Shown here: one piece after another, positions 14,301-26,792 of the stretch | How positions within the stretch are numbered: position 1 is the stretch's first letter | Layout: every line of letters starts with the position of its first letter | Assembly: GCF_000002075.1 (NCBI RefSeq) | Contig: NW_004797747.1 | Coordinates: 359,085-423,084 of the forward strand | Direction: 5' to 3' | From: Aplysia californica | Taxonomy: Eukaryota | Length of the DNA: 64,000 nt | The notes under the pieces: generated by a model | What the model was told of the DNA's origin: nothing | Database searches by the model: none | Seen by the model: only the letters and a program-made list of their open reading frames with translations | Made by a program: the position numbers and the translations under genes

Positions 14301-17300
14301 GTTCAAAATCATGAAAAGACTGTTTTGCTGGCATAGCTGCTGCTGAAAGACCCATTGTTTTTCGCTTGTGGTGAATTGAAAATGTTGTTTCTTTTATTGT
14401 CACTATTATTTGACGTTTATCTATTAAAACTGAAACCACACACTGTGGTGCGGTTGGTTACAAACTTGACTGACTAACAGAGCTTTGAAGTTCAAATCTA
14501 AGTACGGTAATATTTGTCCCTCCAGTTGCAGAATATTTCCTCTCAGTCTGGTGTCCTGTCAGGTGATAAAGTGCTTTGTGTTCCAAATAGTTTGTCAGAA
14601 TGCATGGAGCATGTACATGCCCATACAATTATAATATTAAGATTTATTATATTTTATGTTAGTATTGTTAGTTTCTTTTCGTATCAGAGAAATATACATC
14701 AAAGGAGTGCTTTCCATTCTTTCAGGAAGCCAGACGACTATTCCAGGAACCGGAAGTTGCAGATGCGGAGAAGTTAGATGTAAGTACTATAAGGGTGAAC
14801 AGCATCTGATGGTTATTTTCTTTATTTACAGGCTGAGTTGCCTTTTGCAGCTTCACGGGAAAGTGGGATTTGTGAGGACATGGTTCGCCAGGTTTCACTG
14901 CAATCTGCCTTTCAGTGGCCATGGAAACAGTCTTTCTATGTTTCATTTTAAAAACTCGACAACACTAAATGGTTAATTACTCTATTGCATCTGGTTGTTT
15001 CATTTTAAGGTTTGAACCAATAGACTTGTTGTTTGAAGACAGAGTAGGAGAATACCTGTGATCTTATCTGGACTGGGGCTTGTATTGAGAATGTTCATCA
15101 TTAGTGTTGAGTGAATTAATAACTAGGCTACCAAACTGTTGTTATTTTATATATATGCATGTTTTGTTGTTTCTCAGAATATTTTTTTTCTCCATCCAAC
15201 AGTTAAAATGGACAGACCCTGATGAGGAGGGTCTTGTTGAATTTATGGTATCACAGAAAAATTTCAGGTGAGTGTGTAGTAGCTAAATTGTTCTGTATAT
15301 CCACTGAAAGATATCAAGTCAGTTTATTTCTGATGCACATTAAACAGGATATTTATTTACTCTGTTCTATTGCTGTCTAAAGATCTTCCCAGATTAACAC
15401 ATTACTCCCTAAGAGTCTGGACAAGAAGTCCATTGGTAGATCCTAAGCCAGGGGAAGGAACCCACCTCCCGTGAATACAAGCCTTTAAAAAACACATTTT
15501 AAGAATACTAAACAAATTCCAAAAATCCTGAAAAAATAAAAGTTAAATCGCAAAATGAATGTAGTTTCAGAAAAATATAACTTTATGTCTGCGCAAACTG
15601 TTGGAAATGTTCTAACTTAAGTTCAATCAGGGTGTCCGACCCGTCACTCTCACCCTCAGCCTCGTGGTCGGGCCCTAGATCTAAATTCTAGATTTTCTAC
15701 GTCTGAACCTCCCGTGAATACAAGCCTTTAAAAAACACATTTTAAAAATACTAAACAAATTCCAAAAATCCTGAAAAAATAAAAGTTAAATCGCAAAATG
15801 AATGTAGTTTCAGAAAAATATAACTTTATGTCTGCGCAAACTGTTGGAAATGTTCTAACTTTAGTTCAATCAGGGTGTCCGACCCGTCACTCTCACTCTC
15901 AGCCTCGTGGTCGGGCCCTAGATCTAAATTCTAGATTTTCTACATCTGATCAATCCGAATTGCCCCAAGCTCTTGCTACAACGTTTTCATCAAAATCTGA
16001 GTCATATGATTTACCAAATGCTTGTTTTTGCTCAAATCCATCGTTATTTCCTTATTCGAACTCAATTGTGTCGGTTTTCAACAAGTCGAGACACTTTCGA
16101 AGTGTTGGTAACGCGATCGCACTTCGTTCGGCTCTAATACTAAAACTACTGCCCCGAAAAATTTCGTTTCGGTATCAAACGAAAGAAGAAACTTTTTGCA
16201 TTAACTATGCGAATCAAAATCTCGGCCCCAGAGTCTCGCCAAGGCGAGAAATCGTTTCTGAAAATGCTCGGTCGGCGCCGGCGGTTCCGGGCGAGTCAGG
16301 GTGGAGTACGTAAGGGAATTCCCTGGCGATCCCAGGCGAGTTGGGTGTAATGTGTTAAGACAAAAACAACACACCTAAAAACTTCAAAAGTCACAATGGA
16401 AGTTTGGAAAAAGCCATGCCAAAACTGACACCAGCGTCGTGGAGTAGAGCCAAGAAAGGAAATTGGAGGTGTTTTTTTAGTACAGGGTTTTACGGCGCTC
16501 GCAACTGCATAAGGTTATATGAGCGCGCGAAACACAAGTTAGTTTTGTTCACAACAGTTTACTGTACGGCTGGCTCGGGTCAGTAGTTAGATTTTAAAAT
16601 GTTAAAAAATCAGTATAAATATATGTATATTTTGAATCCTAACAATTTTCCTAGATAACATTTTTAAAAATTTAATAGTTCGATTTCACTTTATAACTTG
16701 CCATAAAGGCCGTTGGCCTTTATAAAATTCAAAATTCTGTCGGGACCAACGACGGAAAAAATGTCTTGCAATTTCTTACAGTTATAATATTTCCTTCGGA
16801 TCTCTCCAAAGTCCAGACATTCGGTTAGGATGTGTCTAATGGTAAAATCTGTGTCGCATCCGATACAGAACGGCTTCTCATCTCCCTGTAGGATTTGAGG
16901 TGTTCATTAGTGTAAGTGTAAGGGACTTTGAGAAAAGTGGGCATTTTCAGCTATAGAGCAGGTTAGTAGCAGTATCGTCCATGCTTTGATCACTGAATGT
17001 CATATTTTTTTCATTTTGTCTCACCCCTGTTTTTATTTTTCGCTCCTTTTACTTTTTGATGCTTCAGAGTATCAATTATTTTTAGCATACCCGGTATCTA
17101 TTTGAGTTATGAGGATGATCTCCACCCTAACCAGAGTGTCACTTGGTAATGTTTCTGTACCGGTTATTTGTTTGGAAATTTTTAGATAACTCTCTTTTCA
17201 GTTCTATCCAAAATGATTTTGCATTCAAATTTTGAGTGGGAAGAGGCATTCAAATTTTGAGTGGGAAGAGGCATAGATATGAATAAAGGCTCTGCGGAGA

Positions 17301-18124
17301 GGGAGTAGTTTTAAAAAATCTTTTGGATTAAGTGTCCGATAACAATCCCTTTTAAAATTTGAAGTTTCAGAAAATACTTCTCTTGTTTCTGCAGTGAAGA
17401 AAGAATACGAAATGGAGTTAAGAAGTTGCAAAAGGCTAAACAAGGAACAACTCAAGGTCGCATGGACTCTTTCTTCTCTGTTGTCTCAACGTCTAAAACA
17501 TCAAAGAGAAAGGTGAGCACACATACTGATTACTTATGATTGTAGGATTTTCCAGACAGTGCTACGGAAATTATGCAGGAACAGTTCTCTTTGTGTCTTG
17601 GTGAATGGTGAAAATNNNNNNNNNNNNNNNNNNNNNNNNNNNNNNNNNNNNNNNNNNNNNNNNNNNNNNNNNNNNNNNNNNNNNNNNNNNNNNNNNNNNN
17701 NNNNNNNNNNNNNNNNNNNNNNNNNNNNNNNNNNNNNNNNNNNNNNNNNNNNNNNNNNNNNNNNNNNNNNNNNNNNNNNNNTCACTATTTCCTGCTATGA
17801 CTATGTTTGTAGAAGTATGAGAACCTGTTTTAAAAAATAGTCAAGATACCTTATAAGGGCTCTGACTGTGAAAATGGATGAGATCTGTCAAGGTTAACCT
17901 CAGTATGATGATTCTACTTGGTTTGAGATGGAACCTCTTATTTGAAGCTCAATGGAATGAGTGAAAGTTTATAGCTGTATGTTTATGGAGGTGGGGGGTT
18001 GGGTCCAAACCTGAAACGTAACTGAATTTGAAGACTATTGATGCATTTTTTTTCTTCGCAGGCGGAGGAACCTAAAGGATCACAAAAGAAAAAGGGAAAG
18101 GGAACTTTCAAGAAAGCAAAGTGA
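2306..18124 (+). CDS. FEN1: Flap endonuclease 1 (XPG/RAD2 family), 13 coding exons, 376 aa
   Basis: join(2306..2387,4752..4854,5371..5473,6188..6251,7091..7200,7835..7971,8797..8863,10630..10761,11971..12003,14726..14779,15203..15267,17395..17512,18062..18124). All introns are GT-AG and phases are consistent. Translation starts [12 protein letters not shown] and contains [40 protein letters not shown], the H3TH motif [17 protein letters not shown], the PIP box QGRMDSFF and a basic C-tail ending FKKAK*. Confidence 0.97.
2450..2582. repeat. Tandem array of a 32-bp palindrome (about 4 copies)
   Basis: ccgtgaacgtag(c/t)ctgcag(a/g)ctacgttcacgg repeated with 2-3 nt linkers. Confidence 0.9.
3015..4483. 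mobile_element. MULE/foldback-like non-autonomous element with 10-bp target duplication
   Basis: GAAAAGTTAT at 3005..3014 and 4484..4493. The subterminal palindromic unit actatttctccgaacgttcgg(a/g)gaaata is tandemly repeated at both ends. Confidence 0.75.
3693..3792. repeat. (GT)n compound microsatellite
   Basis: Visible GT/GC/AT dinucleotide run. Confidence 0.9.
4887..5036. mobile_element. Short element with subterminal inverted repeats and a (TAACCC)-like core (possibly Helentron-associated)
   Basis: ggacttccgtaacgagcgatc versus ggtcactcgtaacgaaattcc. Homologous fragment at about 42128..42190 (gtaacgagcga..caaacacaataaagaagagac..taaccct). Confidence 0.45.
7430..7780 (+). mobile_element. 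5'-truncated RTE LINE 3' end
   Basis: [51 protein letters not shown], typical of an RTE C-terminus. Short gtaa tail. Confidence 0.85.
11063..11142. mobile_element. 80-bp TTAA-flanked mini-element
   Basis: ttaa|cactttgcc ... ggcaacggtg|ttaa. Termini resemble family 4. Confidence 0.45.
12299..13123. mobile_element. pogo/Tigger-like MITE with TA target duplication
   Basis: TA|CAGTGGAATCCACTTATAACGAG ... CTCGTTATAACAGGACTTCACTG|TA. An internal fragment of the same family lies at about 9927..9998. Confidence 0.8.
13234..14157. mobile_element. TTAA-flanked non-autonomous element (piggyBac-like family 2)
   Basis: TTAA at 13230..13233 and 14158..14161. Imperfect TIR CTCACTTGCGACTGGG versus CTCACTTCAGACGGG. 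Interior is CpG-rich, unlike the host intron. Confidence 0.65.
15398..16354. mobile_element. TTAA-flanked non-autonomous DNA transposon (piggyBac-like family 1), with an internal 243-bp tandem duplication
   Basis: TTAA at 15394..15397 and 16355..16358. TIR CACATTAC(A/T)CCC. The block starting at 15464 is repeated at 15707. A second copy lies inverted at 29665..30383. Confidence 0.88.
16470..16894 (-). mobile_element. 5'-truncated I-group (I/Nimb-like) LINE 3' end
   Basis: Open frame 16894..16691 reads [37 protein letters not shown]...[11 protein letters not shown] (CX2CX7HX4C knuckle). The 3' UTR ends gcgctcatataaccttatgcagttgcgagcgccgtaaaaccc plus an A-tail. Confidence 0.8.
17616..17781. 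other. Assembly gap (N run) in FEN1 intron 12
   Basis: Run of N. Confidence 1.
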
Positions 18125-18689
18125 ATTGTACTCTGCTGTCATTTGCATATATATATTGTTATGTACATGTAGTATTCCTTGCATATATTAATGTCACATC
18201 ATTGGTTGAGCAATTATCTCCTATTTTGGAGCTTAACAAATGGTATGATTTGTTTTTATTTCTTACACTTTTCATGATCCTTCGATATGCCTTGTGTGTT
18301 CTGTCCTTGATAGGTGGCCCCGATTTTTACCTTGATTGGAATACAAAATGAATGACACATCTCTGATTTTCAGTCTTTCTTCCTTCTTCTTTGTGTTCCC
18401 CTGTAAGATCTCAGGGGTAGTGACTTCTGGCTCTTGAACTTGCAATGCAGCTGATTTTTACATAAGTGACCAGAGGACTGTTGATTGGTGCTCTGGTATG
18501 GTGTGCTCCTTCCTTCCTTCCTATCAACCATCTATCATCTTTATCTTTCCTTCTTTTTTTGTGTTTGCTACTCTTTCGTAACACCTGTGGTTGGCGGGTG
18601 CTCTGCTCCTTCTTTCCTATTTAACATCACTTGTCCTGATTTGTCCTCCTTCAGATTTTGAAGTCACTCTGTTTTTATACTGACTAGAG

Positions 18690-18960
18690 TATTTTCAGTT
18701 TTGGTTGGAGTTAATTCTGCTTGGGTGGCGGCCGGAGCCTAATCTTATCAATTTTAGGACCACCAGGGGATATCTTTAATGTGCGCAATTTGCACACGCG
18801 ACCCTAAAGATTTTTCACCCTTATCTGAGAAGACTGGCTACTACATTTTATTTTCCTTAAGTTAAGGTGTGTGGTTTAAGATTTAAAGACAGCAGTAAGA
18901 AGGAGCCAGGCGTAGAAGTAGAAAGACTCAGGAGTATAGGAATAAGGAACCCAAAGGAGG
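18690..18960 (-). mobile_element. SINE family B copy in the probable FEN1 3' UTR
   Basis: Aligns to 55730..55950 (ggtggcggccg, ggaccaccaggg..atctttaatgtgcgcaatttgcacacg, aaagacagcagtaagaaggagcca). Confidence 0.6.
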
Positions 18961-21900
18961 CTGAAGACTGGGGGAAGAAATGAATTTCAGTGTTTCGACT
19001 TTTTTAGCTTTATAGTGTTAGGTTTATTCTGTTGATTTGAGGCAATTTGTTTCCTACACACAAGACTGTGTTGTGTGAAGCTGCATCAGGCCGAGCCCTG
19101 ACTAAATCAGTTTTATAAATGAAAAATTTATGGACATGGTGTATGGGTCATATGAGTAATGTTCATAGCTCGAAGACCATTTACCTTGCTTCAATTAGAG
19201 ATGAGTCTTTAAAATGTGGTTCATTCCCTTCTTATGATTTGATAAACCCTGTTGAAATAAGCATTGAGCCCATACTGTACTGAGGGAAGCTGATCATGCC
19301 TTTTGGCTTTTATCGTCCTTGTCTGTGAACTATGACTCGGTGGCATTCTGGTGCTGGAAGAGCTCTAGTTCTAGCCTTTTTGCAGTCGCATTCTGACTTG
19401 TTGAGTTTACGTGGCAGTGGAGTTTGCTTAAACTGGACCCAGGTAATCTGAAAATAGGTATACCAAACGATAATAAAATCACTTTTTTCTTTTTCTGTCT
19501 CTAAGCAACCTCTGTAAACTATTGAAGAAAATCCAGGATATTTAATTTTGGTTCAGAAGACTCCTCTGTGTTTGAATAAAAAGGGATTGAAAGTCTGTGT
19601 ATGTATGAAATGAATTGTTTTATTGGTGCTTCTCAAGTGAATGTCAAATTTTCTGGTACTGTGTGTATTTGATTTTGACCAATAAAGTGTCTGATGGCTA
19701 ATTTGGATTGATTCATGTTTCTTACACATGTTTAGATGTAAAAGCCCAAGTGGGTACTTTAGTGCAGTCGCTGTCACCCCACAAGACCCCTGTGTTGAAA
19801 TAATGACATACCGGGGGCAAGAGGTATGGTGCTATCTATTTATTATTGTCTCTCTAAAGATAAAAACGACTGGTGTTTGTGGTGTAGTGGATAGGCGTTT
19901 GCTTTCGCACGCAGGAGACAGGAGTTAGATTCCTGAGTGGGCAGAAAATTGATAAAAAATTTCTTTCCATTGGGATGTTGTACATGTATCCCTTTCCCTT
20001 TCAGCCCAGGTTAGCTCTGACAAGCAGGGTGGGAAACCCGCCTATAATACTAAGTCAATATTATTTTATATTAGTAGGCAACACAGTTCACAAACTGCAA
20101 GTCAGAGAGAGAGAACTGAGGGGGTTTTGGGGGGGGGAGGGGGCTCCTTTTCTTTCCCCTCTTATTCTTTTTTCTCCGAACATTTCTTTTTTTTGGGGGT
20201 TTTTTGTTCTTCCTGCTGTAGATAGCCTCTCTAGCTTCAACAGCACAAAGTCTGCTTCGACTATCAAGGCACCCTGGAAATAGCGGGTCACAAGAGTGTG
20301 ACAAACACAAAAGAAGTAGAGGAAAATTACAATAGTCTGTCCCCGCGGTTTTATGTGCCCCGCATAATTTAGCAAAATTTGATGATTTTTTTGCATAATT
20401 TCTGATTATTTTCCTTCATCATGCTTTGTTAAAATTAACAGAATCGCATAATTTCACATTTTTTGGGCTCAGTTTGCATAAATTCAGAATTTTTCTTGCA
20501 TAAAACGACAAGGACAGAATAGTAAGGATTAGGAAAGAAAAAGCAGCAGTTCCCTGTTGCAGGTCGTGTGTATGTATGTGTGTGTTTTAGTTTTAGTAGA
20601 GGTTTTTCTGTGCTCGCAACTGCATAAGGTCATATGAGCGGCAGAAAATTATGAGCATGATGCCTTGGAAATGAAAACAAAAGTGAAGAGAAAAGAGACA
20701 AAGACAGAAAACAACACTGCCACTGAAGATTTCTTTTTATTGTAATAAAAATCATGTCCAGCTCACCACAAAACCAGACTGATCCTATCAGTACAGACAG
20801 TTCCTTGAAATAATCATTTAAACGCTATAACAGAATATGCACACAAATGTGGTGTATGAAATCAAATGCCGAAACGTTGGTCTACACAAAAATGGCAAAG
20901 GAAAGCAATTCAACACATCCACATCAATAAATCTCACCTTCATTTTAGTAACATATTTATTTATAAATAAATAAAGGCAGAAAATGAAACCAGCAAGCCA
21001 TAGGTAATATCACATAAAGTTGCTTATACCTAAAGAGAGAGAAAGCTATAATATATATATATACACATTACAGAAACTTCCATTCATACGTATACATATG
21101 TACCACCTGGCTATTGAAAAGTGACAATAGAATAATATTGCAATGTAACTGCTAGAGTACTTTTCGTAAAAATGCTGCACATTAACATTAATTGACATTT
21201 AGTCAGTTGAATTTCCTCAAACTCAAAGGAAATCTACACAAAAGGCTACTTGATTTACCTGCTGTACACAGTGAATCAGCAACCTCCGGGTTTATCAGCA
21301 TGAAGATCACTATACATTTTTTTTAGCCCTCCAAAAAACCTTTAAAAATGACCCAAAAAGCACACATCAGGTACCGAGAAACCACTTCTTAGTCTTCTTA
21401 CCACAACACACTACAGTCAGGCAAAGATAACATGAAAACAGAAAACTTGAAATCACAGCTAGCTTGTACAATTTGCCATTCCCCATCTGATATCTCTTTA
21501 ATTTTTTGTTAGTTAGTGGTCAACCTGATTTATGGATCAGGTGTCAAACAAACATCAAACACATTTGTCAATCCCGGATGAGTCTGAGTTATCCGTGCCC
21601 AACTGTGTATGTTCCCCGAAGTGAAAGAAATGTTTTCTGTTGCTTATTATATAAATTAAAAGAGTTATGATTATGAAGTTATGAAAGCCTTCAATCAAAA
21701 AGGATATCAACTTACACGTACCATTTTAATTACTTTAATGATGAAAACAAAGCAGAAGCCATTTCAAGTTTAATTATTAATTAGGTTTCACATGTAGCTG
21801 ATTCAAATGCACAGATAATATTATCATTTTGAAATAACTTAATGTTCATCATCATGGGTTCTTTTTAAAGTGCGCCATTTTGATGCAGAGAAACCCCCAA

Positions 21901-23790
21901 CTTTAAAACTGCATTTTAGAGCACAACAAAGGTCCATTTTTCATTGATGCGGAGGATATGAATATGAACATCATATATTCTCTCACTCATTCTCAAACTT
22001 TGGAAAACATGTTTAATTATGCAGATTCTTTCCGCTCAACTATTCATTAATTTTAATGCAACAAATGCAAAATGTACCAGTACTTTTATTCTACCAACTT
22101 ATTGCACAAAGATAATATACAGATGGGTAACCATCAGAAAATGCCAGTGACATCCTCTTGACTTTACAGTACACAATGAGCTGGTTACTGAGACAATTAA
22201 AAACGCCATTTTCTTCCCTTGGGTGACCTCTGACGCTACAGTCCAGAAAACTATGGAAGTGTTATCAGGCAAATTCTTACTAGCTCCAGGCTCTGCCAGA
22301 GGTGTAGTGCATCACGTGACATTGGTCAAAATTCAACCCATAACATTGGACATGGCTTATGGAGTGCAGATGCTGCTCTTACACCACCACTCTGCCAACC
22401 ACATACTCTAACTGAAGCTCAACCCACACAGATTACAGATTTTGAATACATTTTCACCTGCAACAATTCAAGCGCTGCGCGGACAAGTTTTCATTTCAAG
22501 TTAGCAGTCTGGTCACACAGTACAGCGACACTTGTTTTTCTTTTTTTCTTTAAATTTGTTCAAACCCACAGCAATGCTTGAGACTTCTTTATGAGACTGG
22601 TTGATAGATAGACCTTTGGAAACATTTGTATTGAGTTGTCCTAAAGTGACTTGACATTATCAGAAACTATACATACGATGTTTGGTTATACAAATGTTTT
22701 TCTCTTCTGAAGAATTTACGTTACAGAACAAAAGCACAATTTTAACACGGCAAAATGAAAATAAACGATAAAATGTACGAGAAAGTGAATAATTTTGAGC
22801 AAACTGACACATTCTGGTCAGCTGCCCCCATACATCTGTGCTCCTCGGACCATCTCTGTGAGCTGATTGTAAAAAACAGATGCAAAAAATTATTGCTTGC
22901 AATTTGTGGCATGACAAAATATCTTAAATCATTGCAGTCAAATGATCAAAAGGACACAAAAATGTAGGTCACAAGTACATGGATGGCAAGATAGTTGATC
23001 ATATGGTTCACATTTCCAAAATAGGATTGCAAGTGTTTCCACAACTTCACCATTCTCAAAAGCACACCATGGAATACAAGACATATTATTTCTCGAGACT
23101 TACAAAAATTCCAAAAGAGGATAACTCATACAGCATTGCTTGAAAAGTTACCCTGCAACAGGTATATTCAAAATTGGAGGGCTAGGACTGTGCTGAACAT
23201 TGTCTGAATCAAACCGAATCATCTGAGAATCACAACTTGAATAGGTTCAAGGAAAAGAAGTAAAAAGAAACAAGCTTTGGAAACAGGAACTCACTGTGAG
23301 TCACAAGACTACATTTTTAAAATCTCCACACTATCTACTACTACTCCACGAACAACCCATGAGCAACTAAGAATCTATAACTTAAGATACAAAACTGATG
23401 GAATTTTCTCAACTTTCTTTGCACATTAAGCAGAAGATCCCATCCTTCAATGGCTTCATCCTTACTTAGCTATCCTTTTATTTCTTTAAAAAAAAATGTA
23501 ACTACAGTCTAGCATGCACATAGCGCACATAAACATAGCGGACTGAATTTCAGGTCCTGAATTGTTTCTTCTCTATTCTTTGTATTCAAAACACTTACAT
23601 AGCAAAGACAATGGCATCAGCAAGGGTAGATACTACCACATACCACCACAAATTTTCGTTTTAGTAAGGTTTTTACAGCACTCGCAACCACCACAAATTT
23701 AGTTTACTGAAGTAGCCTTCTGCACATGCACGCAAGTAAGGGGAGTAGTGGTGCCCACACACACACAGCATATGAATGTAGGTAGACTGA

Positions 23791-23872
23791 TGACTGGATA
23801 AACTGAGGGCAATAGACCAATGACTGGATAAACTGAGGGCAATAGACCAATGACTGGATAAACTGAGGGCAA
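23791..23872. repeat. 30-bp tandem repeat (about 2.7 copies)
   Basis: tgactggataaactgagggcaatagaccaa at 23791, 23821 and 23851. Confidence 0.9.
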
Positions 23873-24107
23873 CAGTGTAGGACAAGGATGTGTTTGTTGT
23901 ATAGCCAGCCCTGCATCACTGGCACAGAAGTGTTCATGGGTAAATTTAGCCATCACACTTCAGCATGAAGGCATATGTTGTGCATTGTCCCCATGTGTAT
24001 TGCTGCGCTTCCTCTTCAACAGAAATTAGATCTCTACACATAATTGCGACAGCTTGCCGGCATTTTGAAAAATCAAGTCCAGATGAAAATCTAGCAGTCA
24101 GAGGACC

Positions 24108-24230
24108 GTGATAAGGCAAAAGAAGCAGAAAGGCTTCTTGGTCAGGGAAAAACTGCAGATCCTAGCAAAGCTGGATAAAAAATCCATGCCCAAAACTCAA
24201 ATCTGCAAAACGTTCAATTTTAAACATCTA
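24108..24230 (+). pseudogene. Relic of a pogo/Tigger (CENP-B-like) N-terminal HTH
   Basis: RQKKQKGFLVREKLQILAKLDKKSMPKTQICKTFN resembles the CENP-B/psq HTH start of Tigger transposases. No downstream DDE domain. Confidence 0.45.
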
Positions 24231-24417
24231 CGAACCCAAACACATATGTTGGCATGGCATACAGAGCATAATTCATGTAAAATTTTGACCCCATTTCCTC
24301 TGATTTCACAATAAGTATTGGACCGTATTCAGTTACCATAGCATGGAAGGACAAAATCATCAGAGTAAACTACCGTTACCTAGCTATCCACACAGGAAAT
24401 TTTTTCATCACATTTAA

Positions 24418-24657
24418 CCCTATCTGTACGTCGGGTTTTACTATCGTATCCATACGATGTGGGGAACACTGTGCCACCACTTTCCAAAAAGGAAATTTAC
24501 TTGTTAATTTGATCCGTATGCTTTGCATAGCAGTTTGTCAAAATGATTTTTTGAGAAATACTGAAGGTTTCAAAAAGATCTTCGTACTACAAGTATTCTA
24601 AAATGTGAAGAATACAACCCTGAGGGTACAAAATGACCCCAGGGCGCACTGAAAGGG
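24418..24657. mobile_element. TTAA-flanked about 240-bp MITE (piggyBac-like family 3)
   Basis: TTAA|CCC...GGG|TTAA. Inverted homologous copy at 58470..58712. Confidence 0.85.
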
Positions 24658-26191
24658 TTAAATGTTCAACATACTCTTGTTGTGTTTTGGAGGCATTGCA
24701 TGACTATTTCTTCATGGCAAACAAGGCCCAGAACAAAAGTACAATGTATCGACGAGTTCTTTGAAAACAGAAAAATTAAATAGTGCTGTACTTTACGTAT
24801 GTTTTTTTAACGCCCTTTTCATTTCTAAGCACACACATACATTTCACACTTCTGGTTATATTTGGGGATTTCATAATTTCTAGAAAGCATCTCTTCTCAT
24901 AGACTCGTGTATTCATTATAATGAACATGAAAAGCATGCTCTTTTATAAGTTTTACGGCAATTGTAACACTGTCAGGACATATAAGTGCAGAAGATTAGA
25001 GCTTTTACTTGAATGTAACATACAAACAAAACAAAGAAGAGAAATTAGAAGGACGATAGATGACTTATAGGAAAGAAGGAGCATACCACACTAGAGTGCC
25101 CGCCAGCCACCCACATGCACGTTTTTTTTTTTTTTGTTCGGCTGAGTCCTAACTTTTGATACTTATACCAGTCACTGTAAGACACATCACCCTGAGCTGA
25201 TTTATGCTCGAGTTTACTAGTTAGCATTATTTGATCTGACTAATTTTTTTTGGGGGGGGGGGGGGGGGGGGGGGGAGAATTGATATTTCATTCTTCACAT
25301 GAACAATGACCTCTCTCCCTTCCATTCTTTTGATCACTAACTCTTATCAAAAGAGAACAAAAGTTTTAAATCATCTAAAAAATATCTCCACATTTGTTTT
25401 TGTGCTAACTCTTTCACAACCAGATGTACGCAAGTGCTCCATCATCAATATCTTAGACAAATAAACATAACATGAAAATATCCAACACTAACAGAACGCC
25501 CATGTTTGTTAACAATAATAAATGTTTTCCTTCGAATGTTTGAAGATGAAGCCATACACAGTTGAAAGGCAAGACAGTGCAATCTTAAGTTGGGTCTATG
25601 TGTATCTGATGGCAAAAGGACATGCACATTTTCAGAAAAGGTAAGGCATTTAATAAAAAGATTTACGGGGGAAAAGAAATCATATTGCCTTAGAAGTTTT
25701 CAAATCAACAAGATTCACATAATCACAAATTGGAAAAATAGTGATAAATAAAGAACCGTAAATCCCAGACGACAACTATCCCCCTTCATCATACATCAAC
25801 TGCTGACAAGTGTTCCTTCAATGCAGGTTCAGTTGTAAGTGGAATTATGGCAGAACAACAGAGTCATTCTAAAAGAGCGTAACAAAAACAAAACTGACAC
25901 TAACAATTCTGAATACAAAACAGTGCTTACATTTTGTAGACATGGTCACACAGAAGGCTGGAAGCTTAAAATTTCTTTAAAATTTCCTACATTTCACAAA
26001 GAACAAAAGGTCAAGATATCCTCAAGACTCCAACCACTTATCTCAAAATCGACGCATAAACCTCAGGACAGAAACAAACAAATCATACACAAGAGAAAGC
26101 CAAAGAAATACCATCTACCCAGATATAACATTAATTTCCTAGCATCTCAAAGCGTTCCCACTTCAGTTAAGCCACAGGTGTAATCGACATA

Positions 26192-26373
26192 CAGTCAAAC
26201 CTGCTCTAACAGCCACCTGTCCAAGTTGATCACTTGTTCAAACGGCCACTTCCCACCTAACAGGGCTTTTTTTTTTTTTTTTTACATTACAATGACAGTC
26301 CAAGATATGCACCTGTTTAAGACAACCGCCTTTTTATTCAACAATAGTTGGCCATCTTGACAATTTCGACTAC
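26192..26373. mobile_element. Degenerate Tigger-like MITE
   Basis: ta|cagtcaaacctg start and a degenerate inverted end aatttcgacta. A related start occurs at about 10796 (tacagttgaacctgtccaag). Confidence 0.45.
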
Positions 26374-26792
26374 TTTTATACATATTAACAGCTAGCATGC
26401 GGCAAATATCTTCTCAGTATTCTTCATGTCCCCTCTCTATGCATAGAAAACACTACCACTCACAAATATTCAATTTACACTTAAAACATTACTGCCAAAG
26501 AAAACAGCCTCTTACACAATCATCTCCTAGCTCTTTAATTACAATACAAATGGAAATGAGGGGTCTCAACATGACAACGATGATAAAGACCTTAGACTGG
26601 CATACATAAAGCAAGCATGTTGAGCAGAGATGGCGTCTGATACCTCTGCTGTAGCCAGTAATGGTCTACTTGTAAGACAGGCCTACAACCATATAACAAG
26701 CCGACAGTCGATACAAGCATATCTCTCAATCTTTCCACCCCATTCTGGTATTTCGTGTTTGTAAATGAGGGTAATGAACCTTCAGTAGCCTA

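Noticed and set aside
17534-17840. ORFs spanning N runs (also 61825..62244)
   Set aside because: Artefacts of assembly gaps; the flanking exons join in frame without needing a hidden exon.
19879-19945. tRNA-like sequence (a similar one at about 9340..9410)
   Set aside because: Degenerate boxes and stems; most likely decayed SINE heads.
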